A DNA stretch of 60,962 nt, filler included, from Basidiobolus ranarum (lineage: Eukaryota), in NCBI GenBank assembly GCA_040143965.1. It is 15 parts of 15 records of this genome, joined end to end, with 100 filler letters (N's around TTAATTAATTAA, not from the genome) between each part and the next. Parts side by side here need not be neighbours in the genome. Positions count along the whole stretch, not along the records: positions 36,684 to 40,649 come from JASJQH010009064.1; positions 40,750 to 44,715 come from JASJQH010009065.1; positions 44,816 to 48,779 come from JASJQH010009066.1; positions 48,880 to 52,841 come from JASJQH010009067.1; 11 more parts are not named here. One strand, given 5' to 3'. The notes beneath the pieces were generated by a model. That model ran no database searches. It was given only the letters and a program-made list of their open reading frames with translations, and had not been told where the DNA came from. Of this stretch, positions 38,080 through 50,865 are shown piece by piece (position 1 is the stretch's first letter; every line of letters starts with the position of its first letter). The translations under genes and the position numbers were made by a program.

Positions 38080-38490
38080 TTCCTTAAGCATTATATTCTG
38101 TTGGTTGATTCATGTATTTATCATAATCAATTTGTTCATTAAGAATTGCTCTCTTAATATTCATATGTACAATTGGCATACCTTGGTGAGTAACAATAGC
38201 TAAGATTCATCTGATTGAGCCAAACTTAGCAATGCCTGAAAATGTTTCATCATAGTCAATATGATGTTTCTGAGCATGACCTCTTACTACTAGCCTTAAT
38301 ATGTATTGGTTGATATATCCATGTGAGTTGTGATTCAGCTTCAGCACCCATCTGTTACTGATAGTTTCTCCTCCAGTTGGTAGAGTCATGTGCATCTATG
38401 TGTTCTTCTTGGTTAGGGAGTGAATTTCATCTTCAGTAGCATTTCCCCATTCTTTCACTTTATCAGATTTTGGAGCAACACCAAAATTTC
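38080..38490 (-). mobile_element. Ty1/copia reverse transcriptase N-terminal relic
   Basis: LPTGGETISNRWVLK...RLVVRGHAQKHHIDYDETFSGIAK. A short LTR-A end remnant lies nearby at about 37880-37914. Confidence 0.85.
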
Positions 38491-39211
38491 TAGTTCAGAA
38501 AGGCAATATGTGCTGATGTATTCCATCCTTTTTCTGCAATGAATCTACTGAATTTATACTCCTATTTGAGACATCCAAAATCCTTGGTAGAAATGTCAGA
38601 GCTCTCACTTTTAGTACACTTGAGATTTTCACTTTGTAGGATTTCTGAGACCTGATTGCCTGAATGTTGTGAGGAATTGTATACTTGCCATGCTTGATTG
38701 GATACTTCTAACAGTTACTTGCATTTTATATCAGCTATATTACAGGTAGGATATTTCTTATGCATATGATTGTTAGGAGTGTTGTGACCATTTTTCCAAG
38801 ACTAACTTCCAGATTCCCAATTATTTGGAAAAATATTCTTTTCCTGATTTTTTTATTATTTATTAGCAGATCTTACAAAGCTGATTCTAAATTATCAGTA
38901 TTTTCAGAGTAAATATTGGGTTTTTTGGTATTCATTGAAGCATTTCCAGTGTTGCCCAATGCTCACTGTTGTGTAGCTCCTTGATTCTGGAATATCAAAT
39001 TAGATTAATTCCTTAGTTTTAACACTGAGAGTGAAGCTTCAGCCAGGATTATTGCTTGTTTGTTTTCTATCAAGTATGCACACCTCAGGGATTTGTAATG
39101 ATCTGAGCATTGTCATGCAATCATTTGTGTATGTTATCTTAGACCAGATATGTCATTTTCTAAATTGACATTATATTATTAGATAGTTTCAAGGTCCAAA
39201 TTTAGCCTTAA

Positions 39212-40157
39212 CCCTAACAGAAATTTGAGTATAGTTATTTTAAAAAAACCATCACATTTTTACTACATCTTGGGCTAACTGTTTACTTACCTTTTTATTA
39301 TTGTCAAGTTAGGTTTGCTTTTAATCAATTTTTTTATTTCCAGAGTGAAATTTTGAGATCCTGCAAAGTAGTCGCACAAGATTGCCTACAATATAAGAAA
39401 ACAATAGATCAACACATGTATGATAACTCAAATTTTGAATATTTACTACTTGAATGCTATTACATCATCTATGAAATATCCAGTTTCCTACATATATTCT
39501 CTTGAATATTATTACAGAGTACTTCATATCCAAGGTTTAGCTCATATCCAAGACATGCTTGTATTAGTATCACCATCAAAGCCCACCAATGTACTAACAT
39601 TGCTGAATCAACATTCTTCTAGCTCTCAGGCAGATACCCTGCAATATTATGCTACTCTGTATTCTGTGCATCTGTGATATCTGCAAGGTTAACCCCACAC
39701 TGGATGTCACATTGAATATTCTTTTTCTGAAGCCACTTGTTTCATATTTGTGCTGAGTTCTTTCTTCAAACATCTGAAAATACTCTTCAATCACTTTTGC
39801 TAATATTTACATCCTGGTATCTTGCCACTACTCAGTATATTTTCTGATTTGGGCAACTCTTGGGTTGCCTTTAGATTTGGGGCTAACTTCAACACTTTGA
39901 AGAGTACCAGTTAAAGTTTGCAAGACATGAGTTTATTTGCTGTTGTTTCAGCTAGTTCAGAGGTCCCAGGTGTTGCGTAATCTTTTAAAGTTTGAATTCT
40001 TCCAACAGATGCAATTGGTTGTGTTGTGAAACAAAGACTTTTTGACAGTATATCTGCTAGTATGTCCACCTGAGGAAATGGAGGCTTTTATAATAGAGTG
40101 CCAAAATTGCTGGGTGGAACAGCAGTGCTAACATTACTAGCTCCATTGCTTTCCCTT
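39212..40157 (-). mobile_element. Repeat family X copy
   Basis: Plus strand begins CCCTAACAGAAATTTGAG; homologous to 50866-51720. Confidence 0.85.
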
Positions 40158-40605
40158 TCCTAACAGAAATTTGAGGATTGTTACTGTAGTAAAACCATCA
40201 CAAATTTGATCCATTTGGGATTTACTGTTTACTTACTGTCATAAAATCCAGTTAGATTTGATTTTAATCAATTTTTTCAGTTTCAGGAGAGAAATTTCAA
40301 GATCTTGCAAAATAGTTGCACATGATGGGCTACAATCTCAGAAAACTTTAGAGCAGCACATGTGTAAAAAACATAACTCAAATTTTACACAATTGCCACT
40401 TGAATGCTAATTTGTCCCCTTCAAGATCCTAGGTCTCTCTGATATATTCTCCTGAATATTTTTATGGAGTTCTTCATACCAAAGGTTTAGCTCATACCCA
40501 ACATGAGTTTGTATCAATATCCCATCAAAGCCCACCATTGTATTAATGTTACTGAATCAACACTCTTCCAGCTATCTGGTGGATACCACAATATCCCTCT
40601 CATGC
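40158..40605 (-). mobile_element. Repeat family X copy abutting or nested in the previous copy
   Basis: Begins TCCTAACAGAAATTTGAG inside the ORF region of the 39212 copy; homologous to 1-423. Confidence 0.82.
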
Positions 40606-41869
40606 CACAACACAAACATTCAAAGAAGCTGTGCTACTATTGTCACAAANNNNNNNNNNNNNNNNNNNNNNNNNNNNNNNNNNNNNNNNNNNNTTAATTA
40701 ATTAANNNNNNNNNNNNNNNNNNNNNNNNNNNNNNNNNNNNNNNNNNNNCTGATGCCTGACTTGCCTGAGACTCCCTATGATCATGCTCTGAATGGAACT
40801 TTTGGATTCTTCCCATATCATATTAGAGTAGTTTTACTCAGGGCAAGATTTCTACTCCAACTAAATGACTGCAGAAATCCACTGATTAAGAAGTGGCTAG
40901 CCACACCATCATCAAATGCACTATCATGCTGGAAATTGATACAAGATGATTCTCTTGTTTCTGAGTTAGCTTTACAGCTGCATGAAACAAAACAGCCTAA
41001 AATTGTTGCTATAGACTTCTAGCTAGACTCTAGGAAGCAATATCTTGCCTCCAAGACATCTTTTTTGATCTCTATTATTCCAGGTTTTTGTCCTATTGTC
41101 CATTTGGTTTGTATTGAGTATATTCCTATCTGCTTACCACCTGTGCCCCTTAACACTATATTTACATCCTCAGAACTGGATTACATTGGTCATCAAGTTA
41201 AGAATGGGTATGATCCAGTTTTGTCATAATTTCTTGGAAGATTGATGTCATGATTGTCACTTTGTTTAGATTTGTACATAAGCTAAATAAAGTCCACACC
41301 ACCTGATGCTTTTCATCCCCCCTAAGACTATACCTGATGATGCAAATTAAGACATCATCACTCTCTTGTTTGTCCATAAGGTTAACAACTTCTCAAATTC
41401 CTTTTTCAAGGCTAAATATGTTGCTATTATGAAAATGACTCATCCTCATTTTATTGAAACACCTCAAGCTATTATATCTGTCTATGATACTTACATTGAG
41501 ATTGAGTTTTTTCATACAGTCACTACTGAGGAAATTATTGAAGATAGATTGAACAGCATAGATTATTTCTTATTCTATGGGAATCACGAGCATATAGTGA
41601 TAAATTGACAAATCAAAAGTGAAGTTAATGCAGTCATGCTCTGGAACTGACACTATCCATGCCCACCAATCTACAAACGGTTCGAATGCAAAAAGTTTGT
41701 ATGGTTCAGCAAATAGCACCCTAATGCGGGTTGATTAAAGACTTCTTTGGGATTTAGTAAGAGACTAGAATAGTGTGGCTGTGATGGAGCTTGTGGATAT
41801 TATTCATCATTTCCCAAACTCTTAACTCCTTCGCTTTTCCACCCATATTTCACACTCAAGCTAGGTTTG

Positions 41870-44715
41870 ATGAATAGTTTTTTTTCAAAAGGCTGGTTAA
41901 CTTGCTCTGATCCCGAGGGATGGGTAAGTGCTATTTAAGCAAACCTGACGAATCTTCTAATCCTAGTATGTCCTATAAGGGTCCTTGGTCTTTCCGTACA
42001 TCCGACTTTACACTGTGTTTTGAATATGGGTACAACGAAACTAGATGTCTCTGCTATGTGCAATTCTAATATTCCACTCTTCCAGCTTTGTATTATTGGT
42101 TCCAACGCTATTTTTGTTTATTTTCGGAATACCCCGTTTACAACGACTTCGTCAAAATATTGAACTGCCCCAAGACTATTTAGTAAAAATTCACTACTGG
42201 GCTAAGATGGTAATGGTTGTCAACTGCATCTCCAGACGATAATTAATCACTCCTGCTTTTTGTAGCTTACCCTTCTTGCAATTTTCGGACTGAACATAAC
42301 CCTAGACGTAACATTTGCTCTGAAACTGAAGGGCAAAGGGTCTGCTTGGTGGAACGAGATCAGTATTATCTCGAATTTGGTTGTTACTCTCAGTATGGTA
42401 TGCATTTACCAAGTCTTTATCATTATTCCTTTGTTCAAACATTATTCATTATCCACCATTAGTTCTTGATTTTTATTCTTCATCGATTGGAGCATACTCG
42501 TAGTCGCAAAGCCTCATCGGTTCTCCTGCTATATTGGTCATTCAAACTTGGTGCCAATGCAATCTATCTCCGCACATTGATGGCATCCGGTTACCGCCAG
42601 AGGCACCCATCAGAATTCATACGTATTGCCGTTGTGGCTTCCCTCGAGGTACTCATCTTTGCCTTGGAGCTAATCCCCAAACATAAGCTTGATTACTTGC
42701 TTCCAGGAGAAGATGCAAATGTCTGTCCGGAGAAGTACGCCAACGTATTCTCATTGATTACCTTCAGCTGGATGAATTCACTTTTAAAGACCGGAAGTAA
42801 GAAGCCTTTGGTAGAGGAGGATCTTTGGACTTTGGAGGATCAGTATAAAGCGAGACAGATCTCAGACCAGTTCCAAGATGTATGGCAACGCGAGTTACGT
42901 CAAGAAAAGAAAGATCCATCGATGGCGTGGACTCTTGCTAAATCCTTTGGTGTTCCATTCTTGTACGGTGCATTCTTCAAAGTCCTTGAAGATATTCTCG
43001 CGTTCGTTCAGCCTCAGTTGCTGAAGCAATTGATGAGCTTCGTTGGAAGTCACTCTACGGAAAACCCTGAACTCGCCTACCGTGGCTATACAATTGCTGG
43101 TAAGTGTTCATCAGGCGTAAGTTGGGCAACGAAAACCAACTAATAGCAGTCATTGATAGGTGCCATGTTTTTAACCGCTCTCATGCAAACCATCTTTTCG
43201 CAGCAGTATTTCCAACGCTCCACTGTGGCTGGCATGAAGCTCTATGGTGCGTTGGTCACCGCTATTTATCGAAAGACCTTGGTGCTATCCAATACCGCGA
43301 GACACAACTACACAGTTGGTGAAATCGTCAATCATATGACTGTTGATGCTCAACGTGTCCAAGACTTATGCATGTATGGCAATATTGTTTGGAGTGGACC
43401 ATTCCAAATAGGGCTTTCACTCTACTTCTTGTACCAAACTCTGGGTCCGAGCATATTTGCCGGAGTGGGTATCATGATTCTATCGATTCCTCTAAACAGC
43501 TTGCTTGCACGAAAGATGCATGCTCTTCAAAAGGCTCAAATGAAGAACAAAGACGCACGTATCAAGCTGACTGATGAACTACTGAACGGAATTAAGGTCA
43601 TCAAATTGTATGCATGGGAAAAAAGTTTCCTCAGCAGAATTTTCCACGTTCGTAACGATCAAGAGATCGAGACACTGAAGAAATACGGCTACGCTTCCGC
43701 CATTCAAAATTTCTTTACTGGCTGCGTTCCTTTCTTGGTGTCTTTATCGATTTTCGGTATATACTCACTTGTTGGCGAAAATGATCCATTGACCCCTGAC
43801 CTGGTGTTCGTCGCTTTATCGCTTTTCAATCTTCTTCAATTTCCCCTCACCATGTTCCCTCACGCCATATCTGCTTTGGTCGAAGCCTCCGTAGCATATA
43901 GACGTTTATACAAATTCTTAATCTGCGAGGAATTAGACCCCGAGGCTGTTCAGCGGATTGCCAATAGCAGTGACTCAAGATTGGGCAGAGTTAACGAGGA
44001 TACTGATCTTGATGACGAGCAAGGTCGCAAAAAGTCAATGATTCAGATTCGACACGGCACTTTCCGCTGGGACAAAACTTCCCCAGTACCCACATTGAGC
44101 GATATCGACCTCTCATGCAAAAAGGGAGAATTACTCACAGTTGTGGGAAGAGTTGGCTCTGGCAAATCTTCGTTGATTTCCTCCTTACTTGGTGAAATGG
44201 AGAAGTCCCCAGCTAGCAATATTCTGATCAGAGGCAATGTAGCTTATGCGCCCCAGCAACCCTGGCTTATGAATGCTACAGTGAAAGAAAACATTCTTTT
44301 TGGACATCGCTACGACGAGCAATTTTACTGGGAAACCATCAATGCGTGTGCTTTAGGCAGCGATCTCCAGATGTTGCCAGATGGAGATATGACCGAAATT
44401 GGTGAAAAGGGAATCAATTTATAGGTGGCCAAAAGGCTCGTATCTCATTGGCTAGAGCCGTTTACCATCGAGCTGATGTTTATTTGCTTGACGACCCACT
44501 ATCTGCTGTTGATGCACATGTTGGACGCCATATTTTCGACCAAGTGATTGGGCCGAAAGGATTGTTGCAAACCAAGGCCCGTATTTTTGTTACCCATGGT
44601 ATCGCTTACGCCAAGGACGCCAATCAAGTTATTGTACTTGGAGATGGTCAAATCATCGAGAAGGGTGGATTCCGCGATCTCATGGAGAAGAGGAACGAAT
44701 TCTATAACCTTATTT
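41870..44715 (+). CDS. YCF1: ABCC/MRP transporter (Ycf1-like, with TMD0), multi-exon; 1-nt frameshift at about 44423; 3' half missing
   Basis: CSDPEGW|GPW...DFTLCF, ANVFSLITFSWMN, GEIVNHMTVDAQR, Walker A GRVGSGKS, GEKGINL(S)GGQKARISLARAVY, Walker B LLDDPLSAVD. Confidence 0.88.
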
Positions 44716-45557
44716 NNNNNNNNNNNNNNNNNNNNNNNNNNNNNNNNNNNNNNNNNNNNTTAATTAATTAANNNNNNNNNNNNNNNNNNNNNNNNNNNNN
44801 NNNNNNNNNNNNNNNTGCTTATTTTGACAGTAGCAGCAGTATCAGCAATTTCACTGATGACTATATGATATCTAACTTTAACATAGATATTACAATGATC
44901 AATTAGTAGGCAAGGTATTGCTGGCAACAAATAGAATGTTGTGGAGATGCATAGAGTAATTATTGAAGAGTGTGATAGGTAGGTGAGACTGATTGGCAGT
45001 TCTTAGGATAGTTAAAATGAATAATTGATTTGAGCTTTTAGCATATTTGATTAAAAAACTAATAATACTTTCATTGCATAGAAATGACAACTATTTTGTT
45101 TTGTTAACATGTTAGGAAATGAATGAGGAGGTTTTAGACGAGTTCAAGAACCCTATTACAATTAACAACATTTGTGAAATATATGGAAAATAGAAGTTAC
45201 AGTTATGATCTCAGTATTCAGGAAATAATGATTAAAAATACCAAATAATAAGCATAATGTAGATTTATTTTAGTGCCTAACATTAATAGTTTAGCAGAAT
45301 GATGACTCAACACTAATTATCTTATTACAGCTGAATATCAATTGAAGTCATGAATACTAAATATAGGGATGTGTTCTAAGGGTGTCTGCGGAAGGGAAAC
45401 ACGCGAATAAATTTGAATTTTATATATATACATAGTATGGATAAGGTATCAAGGGAATATATGTACACATTCTATCCTATTAAATCCTAAACACTAGTAA
45501 ATTTACGGGAGAAGGGTTAGGGTTAGGGTTAAGGTTAAAGTGCAAATTAGTGAAATC

Positions 45558-46839
45558 TCATTTAAGGATTTCTGACATAGTAGGCTCATTACGCTCTAGA
45601 TCTGATACACTGGTGTATGGATTGGAGATAGGTTGATCTTTGGATGAGGATAACAATCTCACGCCAAATACTAAGGTGATGACTCCAATCAAGATCATGA
45701 CTAATACCCACCATGGATAAAGGTGGAATTGGTCCAGATACACACAGGTGTTTAGTAATCCGACACAGGTGTAAAAGCAGTAGAATAATGGAATCACGAC
45801 TACGGAATTTGCATACTTGAGTCCGCTGTTTAAGCAATAGATCTAGAGGTAAAGTATTAGTGTAATGCTTCAGTAGAAAGTTGGGTGTATTGTATGTACC
45901 TGCAATATGGCAGTGAAGGCCAATCCAATAACAATAAATATAGATAGTCCGTTGGTGAATTGATTATCGCCTGAAAGTGAAATAGATAGTAGACGAATCC
46001 TGTAAAGTGGAAGAGGTTTAGTAAGTGTTTCCAATCGTGTATATATACACTGGTCTACATACCCACTCTTTGCTAACAGAAGAGTTTCACTTGCGAATAA
46101 ACCACCAATACAAGCAAATGCCATCCCAATCAAACGGATCAATCGAGTCTCTTCCATGGATTTGACTAGCCAATTCTTGGTGTTATTTTCGAGTAGATAT
46201 TTGGTATAAACAACGAATACGAAGCCTCCGATGGTGGTCAAGTTTAGCATACTGAAGTATCCAATGAAGACAGGTCGGTAGTACAACAGGTTTAAGGTCT
46301 CTAGAGTTAAGTTGTCTTCGTCTGATATAATAAGGGTAAGTAAGGTGCCTCCTCAAAGAAAAGCAATATGAACTTACAGTCATCTCCTTGTCCAAGTCCC
46401 CCAAATACAACCACCCATATGACACTGGCTATCACGATAGCAGTTCCATACAGGTCATTCTTCGTAATGGGTGTGCCCACTAGAAGTCTGGCGAAGATAA
46501 AGTTGAAAATAAGAGCGACGGAGCCAAGTGGAGCAACCCACTGGGTTTTTAAAAAATCTAGTAAGAGGCAACGATATAAATATCTTGAAGTGAAGATAGA
46601 AGAAGCTGGTGAGTCTTACTTAGTGCTACTGAACTTCCAATTACTTGACTTCCAATGTAACAATATAGCCCCAGGTGCCAGCCCCACCGAAGAAATTCAT
46701 GCTTACGTTGGTCTGGTGGCAGCATTTCGTTTCGAGAGTGGTCTCGTTTCATAAGGTTTGTACCAAAGGCGTCGATGATAGAGGCGCATAACGAAACTAT
46801 AAAACCGATAATGTAGTTTGCGATCATCGATGTAGGCAT
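45558..46839 (-). CDS. NIPA-like (DMT superfamily) membrane transporter, multi-exon
   Basis: WGWHLGLYCYIGSQVIG, VAPLGSVALIFNFIFARLLVGTPIT, ETLLLAKSG, LNSGLKYANSVVVIPLFY. Confidence 0.8.
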
Positions 46840-47046
46840 GACTCTAGTGTAACAGATAACTAGCTATACAGTTGATCTCGATAAAAGAAAAATAGATATA
46901 CAAGTGAAAATGCAGACGAGGCGATCGACTCCAATATAAAGGAGACAGGCTTACTAAAAGGATTTACAGTGTCGATTTTCATTCGGCGCCAGAATCGACT
47001 TTTAAGGGAATCACAAGTTTGCTGATTGTATTATATTGTGTACGGT

Positions 47047-47138
47047 ATTGTGTATTGATGGAAGAATGACTAATTTGGGACTAAGTGGATTGTGTATTGA
47101 TGGAAGAATGACTAATTTGGGACTAAGTGGATTGTGTA
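47047..47138 (+). repeat. 42-bp tandem duplication
   Basis: ATTGTGTATTGATGGAAGAATGACTAATTTGGGACTAAGTGG twice, plus a partial third copy. Confidence 0.85.
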
Positions 47139-47577
47139 GATTGCGTAGATTGCGCTGAAGCAGAATCTGTGAAGCAAATTACAAATTTTAACATGATATC
47201 CATGAAAATCCATCCTGGATTGGAAGGAAAAATTAAATCCGAAAGTATTGCCGGGACGTGGCTAACAAAAGGGGAAATGTCGGAAGTAATTTTTGTCGGC
47301 TTGTTAACATAGTACTCCCGAGGATGAGTGTGTTGATGTAGTACTTCCGACGGTAAAGAAAAAACCACAAGAAATTCTTAGATTTGTACCACCTATGATG
47401 TAGATGGCAGTGGTAATGTGAGTGGCAATACATCGAGTTAAAGTTGTCATATTTATTCTTATTTTTACTATTTATTCGTAACACTGTTTGAAGATTGAGT
47501 TGAACAACCTTGACTATTTAAAGCCATTTTCACTAGAAATATTCGAATTTGGATTTCCTGGTAATTATTGATGAAGC

Positions 47578-48779
47578 CTACTGGCCCACGGAGGCGAGTA
47601 ATAAAGCACGATAATCACCACTGGTTTCTCCGTGGATACGATTATACAGTGATTTTCCATATTTACGTTGATATGCTTGCTTCACATGGGGCATAGTGTG
47701 AGGATGTCTGAAACGAATAGTTAATCGTGATAGCTTTTCTTCACGCGTGCCGAATCCTCTCATCGACTCTTCAAATTGATCGGCCGCCCATTCATATCGA
47801 TTTTGAACATATCCCACTACATTCAATAAACCACGTTCGATATCTCCAGAGAACTCGCTTTTTATCACTTTTTGTATCGGTTTTCCATATTTGATTTGAT
47901 ATTGTGAGAATACCTGGGCTAAATGTGTTTCTGATCTCGAACAAAGGATGGAGATAAACGCAGCCTCATCAGTACCAAATCTCTTCTCACCAGCACGGTA
48001 CAAAGCCTCAACATCAGCACTGGTATCATACACCTGCTGGGACTCATCACGTCCACCCTAAAGTTAGACCAATATTTAGTTACCTTGTGTAAATAATTCT
48101 ATGGGCAAATACACCGGTATTTACCTGTAGCAGGGCAACCAGAAGTCTTTTGAAATCGCGACTTGTATCATGAGCAATTTCACGCTCTAAATCCCGATTA
48201 TACATATATCTGTAGCATTGCTTCAAGTTATTCATTTCTGAATTGGTACGACCAACAATGAGTTCAATCAATGTGTCTTCATCTGTTCCTAACCCAGCGA
48301 TACAATTATGAATACATCTACATTCGAATTCTGGTTGAGGAAAAGCAAAGCCTTGTAATAAGTAACCAAAGTCCCCTGATGTTTCACTACGAAATTCTTC
48401 CCCTAGAGATTTGCCATAGTTAGCTTTGAAGGCTTGCGATAGCGTGGCGATCTGCTCGGGTGTACGTTGCGCAACAATATTGATGATAGCTTTTTCATCG
48501 GTTCTATTAATAAATGTGTAAATACGAATCTCCATTCTAATATAACTAAATGCTCTATTACCCAAAGCCTTTCATAGCACTTCGTAAAGCCTGTGCATCT
48601 TGATTTGCTTGATGGGCTGTGTACGCTGAACCATACATGTTACCACCATATTGGGGGCCTTGATTGAAGGTACCACCCATAGGTGGGCCTTGTGGTGGGG
48701 GTCTTGAGTAGTTGGAGGCGTTATGAGGAGGTTGGCCATACGCAGGGGCTGGGGGGCCTTGATGTGGAGCAGAGGGGTA
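47578..48779 (-). CDS. Annexin with Pro/Gly/Tyr/Gln-rich N-terminus; 5' end missing
   Basis: Four annexin repeats (MKGFG|TDEKAII, GLGTDE, EKRFGTDE, RGFGTRE; ETSGDF / EFSGD / ETSGDY) and two short introns. Confidence 0.95.
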
Positions 48780-50865
48780 NNNNNNNNNNNNNNNNNNNNN
48801 NNNNNNNNNNNNNNNNNNNNNNNTTAATTAATTAANNNNNNNNNNNNNNNNNNNNNNNNNNNNNNNNNNNNNNNNNNNNTTAATGTTTTACAGTAATGCA
48901 AATGAAAGTTCAGCAGAACAGTAATACTATTTTGATTGGAGTAGCTTGAAATTTTACACATAACATGTAGCCAGTGATAAACCAAAGATATGAAATTAAT
49001 GTAGATATTTCTCAGGTGGCAGAAGGTTAGCCCGCGGTTTTAGGGCTAAGCACCTTTTGTTGTATGCGTTCTCCAACAATAAAAGTAATTTCTAATCTTA
49101 CTGAGCGTTCTTGTTTGCCCCGTTATAGAAAATGTAGTACAATAGTGGGCTGTGAACTCCTTACTTTGAACAATCGCCTGGATTAAGTGCCTGAAGCAGT
49201 GTCTATGCTACTTCAATATTCTTAATCAAAAACTAGCATGGATGCTCTATAGCAAATGTATCAGCCCGCTGCGCACTTGATCACGACACATACATTAGCC
49301 AAGTTTTGTTAGTACCTACGTTTGCTAATTGATTTTACAGGCTCAATTAACAGGTTCAGACAACAGATTCACATTGTAAACTCATGGAGAAATGTGGAGA
49401 TATAGAGCGTCAATTGTCAAGAGCACTTGATAACTGAAAATAGCCCACTAACTGCATATGCGATATGAAACACCACATGTCCGCAGATTTATTGGTTTCA
49501 AGCTGTTCTGGTTTGCAAAAATAGTACCTAAGCATATTCCCTCTTTGAATAGCAAATATGGTACATCCTACTCCTTCCACACCTTTTTGCTTTATCTTGC
49601 CATGTAATATCCTCAAATAGGCTACTTTTTATCATGCTATCTCTGGGCTAGCCATGATGGCTTATAGGTAAATCAATTTGAAAAAGGAAACCCCGCCTGT
49701 TTCATTTTTTGACACCTGTAAACCAAACTTGAAATTCCTCATATTAGTGATGTAAAAGCGACCAGAAAAGGGAACATCCATTCCTTTTCCCTTCGAAAAG
49801 TATTATTTATGATAGAGCACTTGTAAACAATTCACCATAGAATATGAATATGCTATAGTTACTGGCGATTTGCAAATTCAATTTTATGAAGCTTTTTCTA
49901 CAACATATAAATAGCAGCATATGAAACAAAGCAGGCTAAGAATATAGCTACAATGCACTATGGAATTGGAACAAAATTGAAGTTCAGAGCGGATGGACCT
50001 GAGATCATGTTTCGCTAATAACCAAGCTTGATACTGTACTGAATCTCGGGCTGATACACTCACTGCTTCACCATCCAATTGCACCAAAGCCTTCTAACTC
50101 CAGAGTTGTAGATATTGCGGAAGCGGAAACTGCTAAAACTTGCGGCCGCAGTAGTTCTCTAGATCCATCAAATAGTTTTAGTTGGTCTACTTCAGCCCAT
50201 CAATAAAGGTACTCCAATGCAATTGTGTTCTTTTTCATAGTAAATTTGCCAATTAAGGCTAATCTGCTTACAGATACATGCTAGATCTTTTTTTGAAATT
50301 CTTTCTAATGGTAGCTCCAACAGAAAAATAAATGTGGAGTAATACCAAATTCTTTATTATTTACCTCTGTGCTGAAAAAACTTAAAAACAGTAGCAAATA
50401 TCAGGTGTAGAATAAGAAATCTTATACCTACTTTACACAACCTTGAGATATTAGCTCCTCTGATTATATTTGTACACTTTACACATATGCTGCACATGTC
50501 TCCATATTAAATAGGCATTTTCTGAACATCTGCTGTTAATCAAATTACAAGCAATATTTGAGATTTGCATAAGTGTTAAGGTTATGACAATGGTTATAGT
50601 AGTAAGACATTTGTTTTGTAGCATTAAACATACATATGCAGATATGGAGAATTTGGCTGGTTGGATTATAAATACAAATTTAATTCATGTAAGTGTTTTA
50701 GCTTTTTACTGTCCAGACCTAGTATTTCATGTACAAGCAGCTATTGCCTGATATGGGTAATAAGCACAAAGTCTGCCATTATACAATAACAGAGAGGCCA
50801 TATCAAGGTTATATATGTCCAAGTATCATAGGAGAGTATATCTCATCATATGTTGATGTTTAGAT

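Noticed and set aside
39208-39220. TTAA|CCCT suggesting family X is piggyBac
   Set aside because: Only one of four termini has TTAA; the other flanks differ. Not fully excluded.
40750-41350. Possible non-LTR retrotransposon C-terminal relic
   Set aside because: CpG-poor, but no diagnostic RT or endonuclease motif.
49015-49055. tRNA-like start GGTGGCAGAAGGTTA with a hairpin
   Set aside because: No T-arm (GTTCRA) and no cloverleaf.
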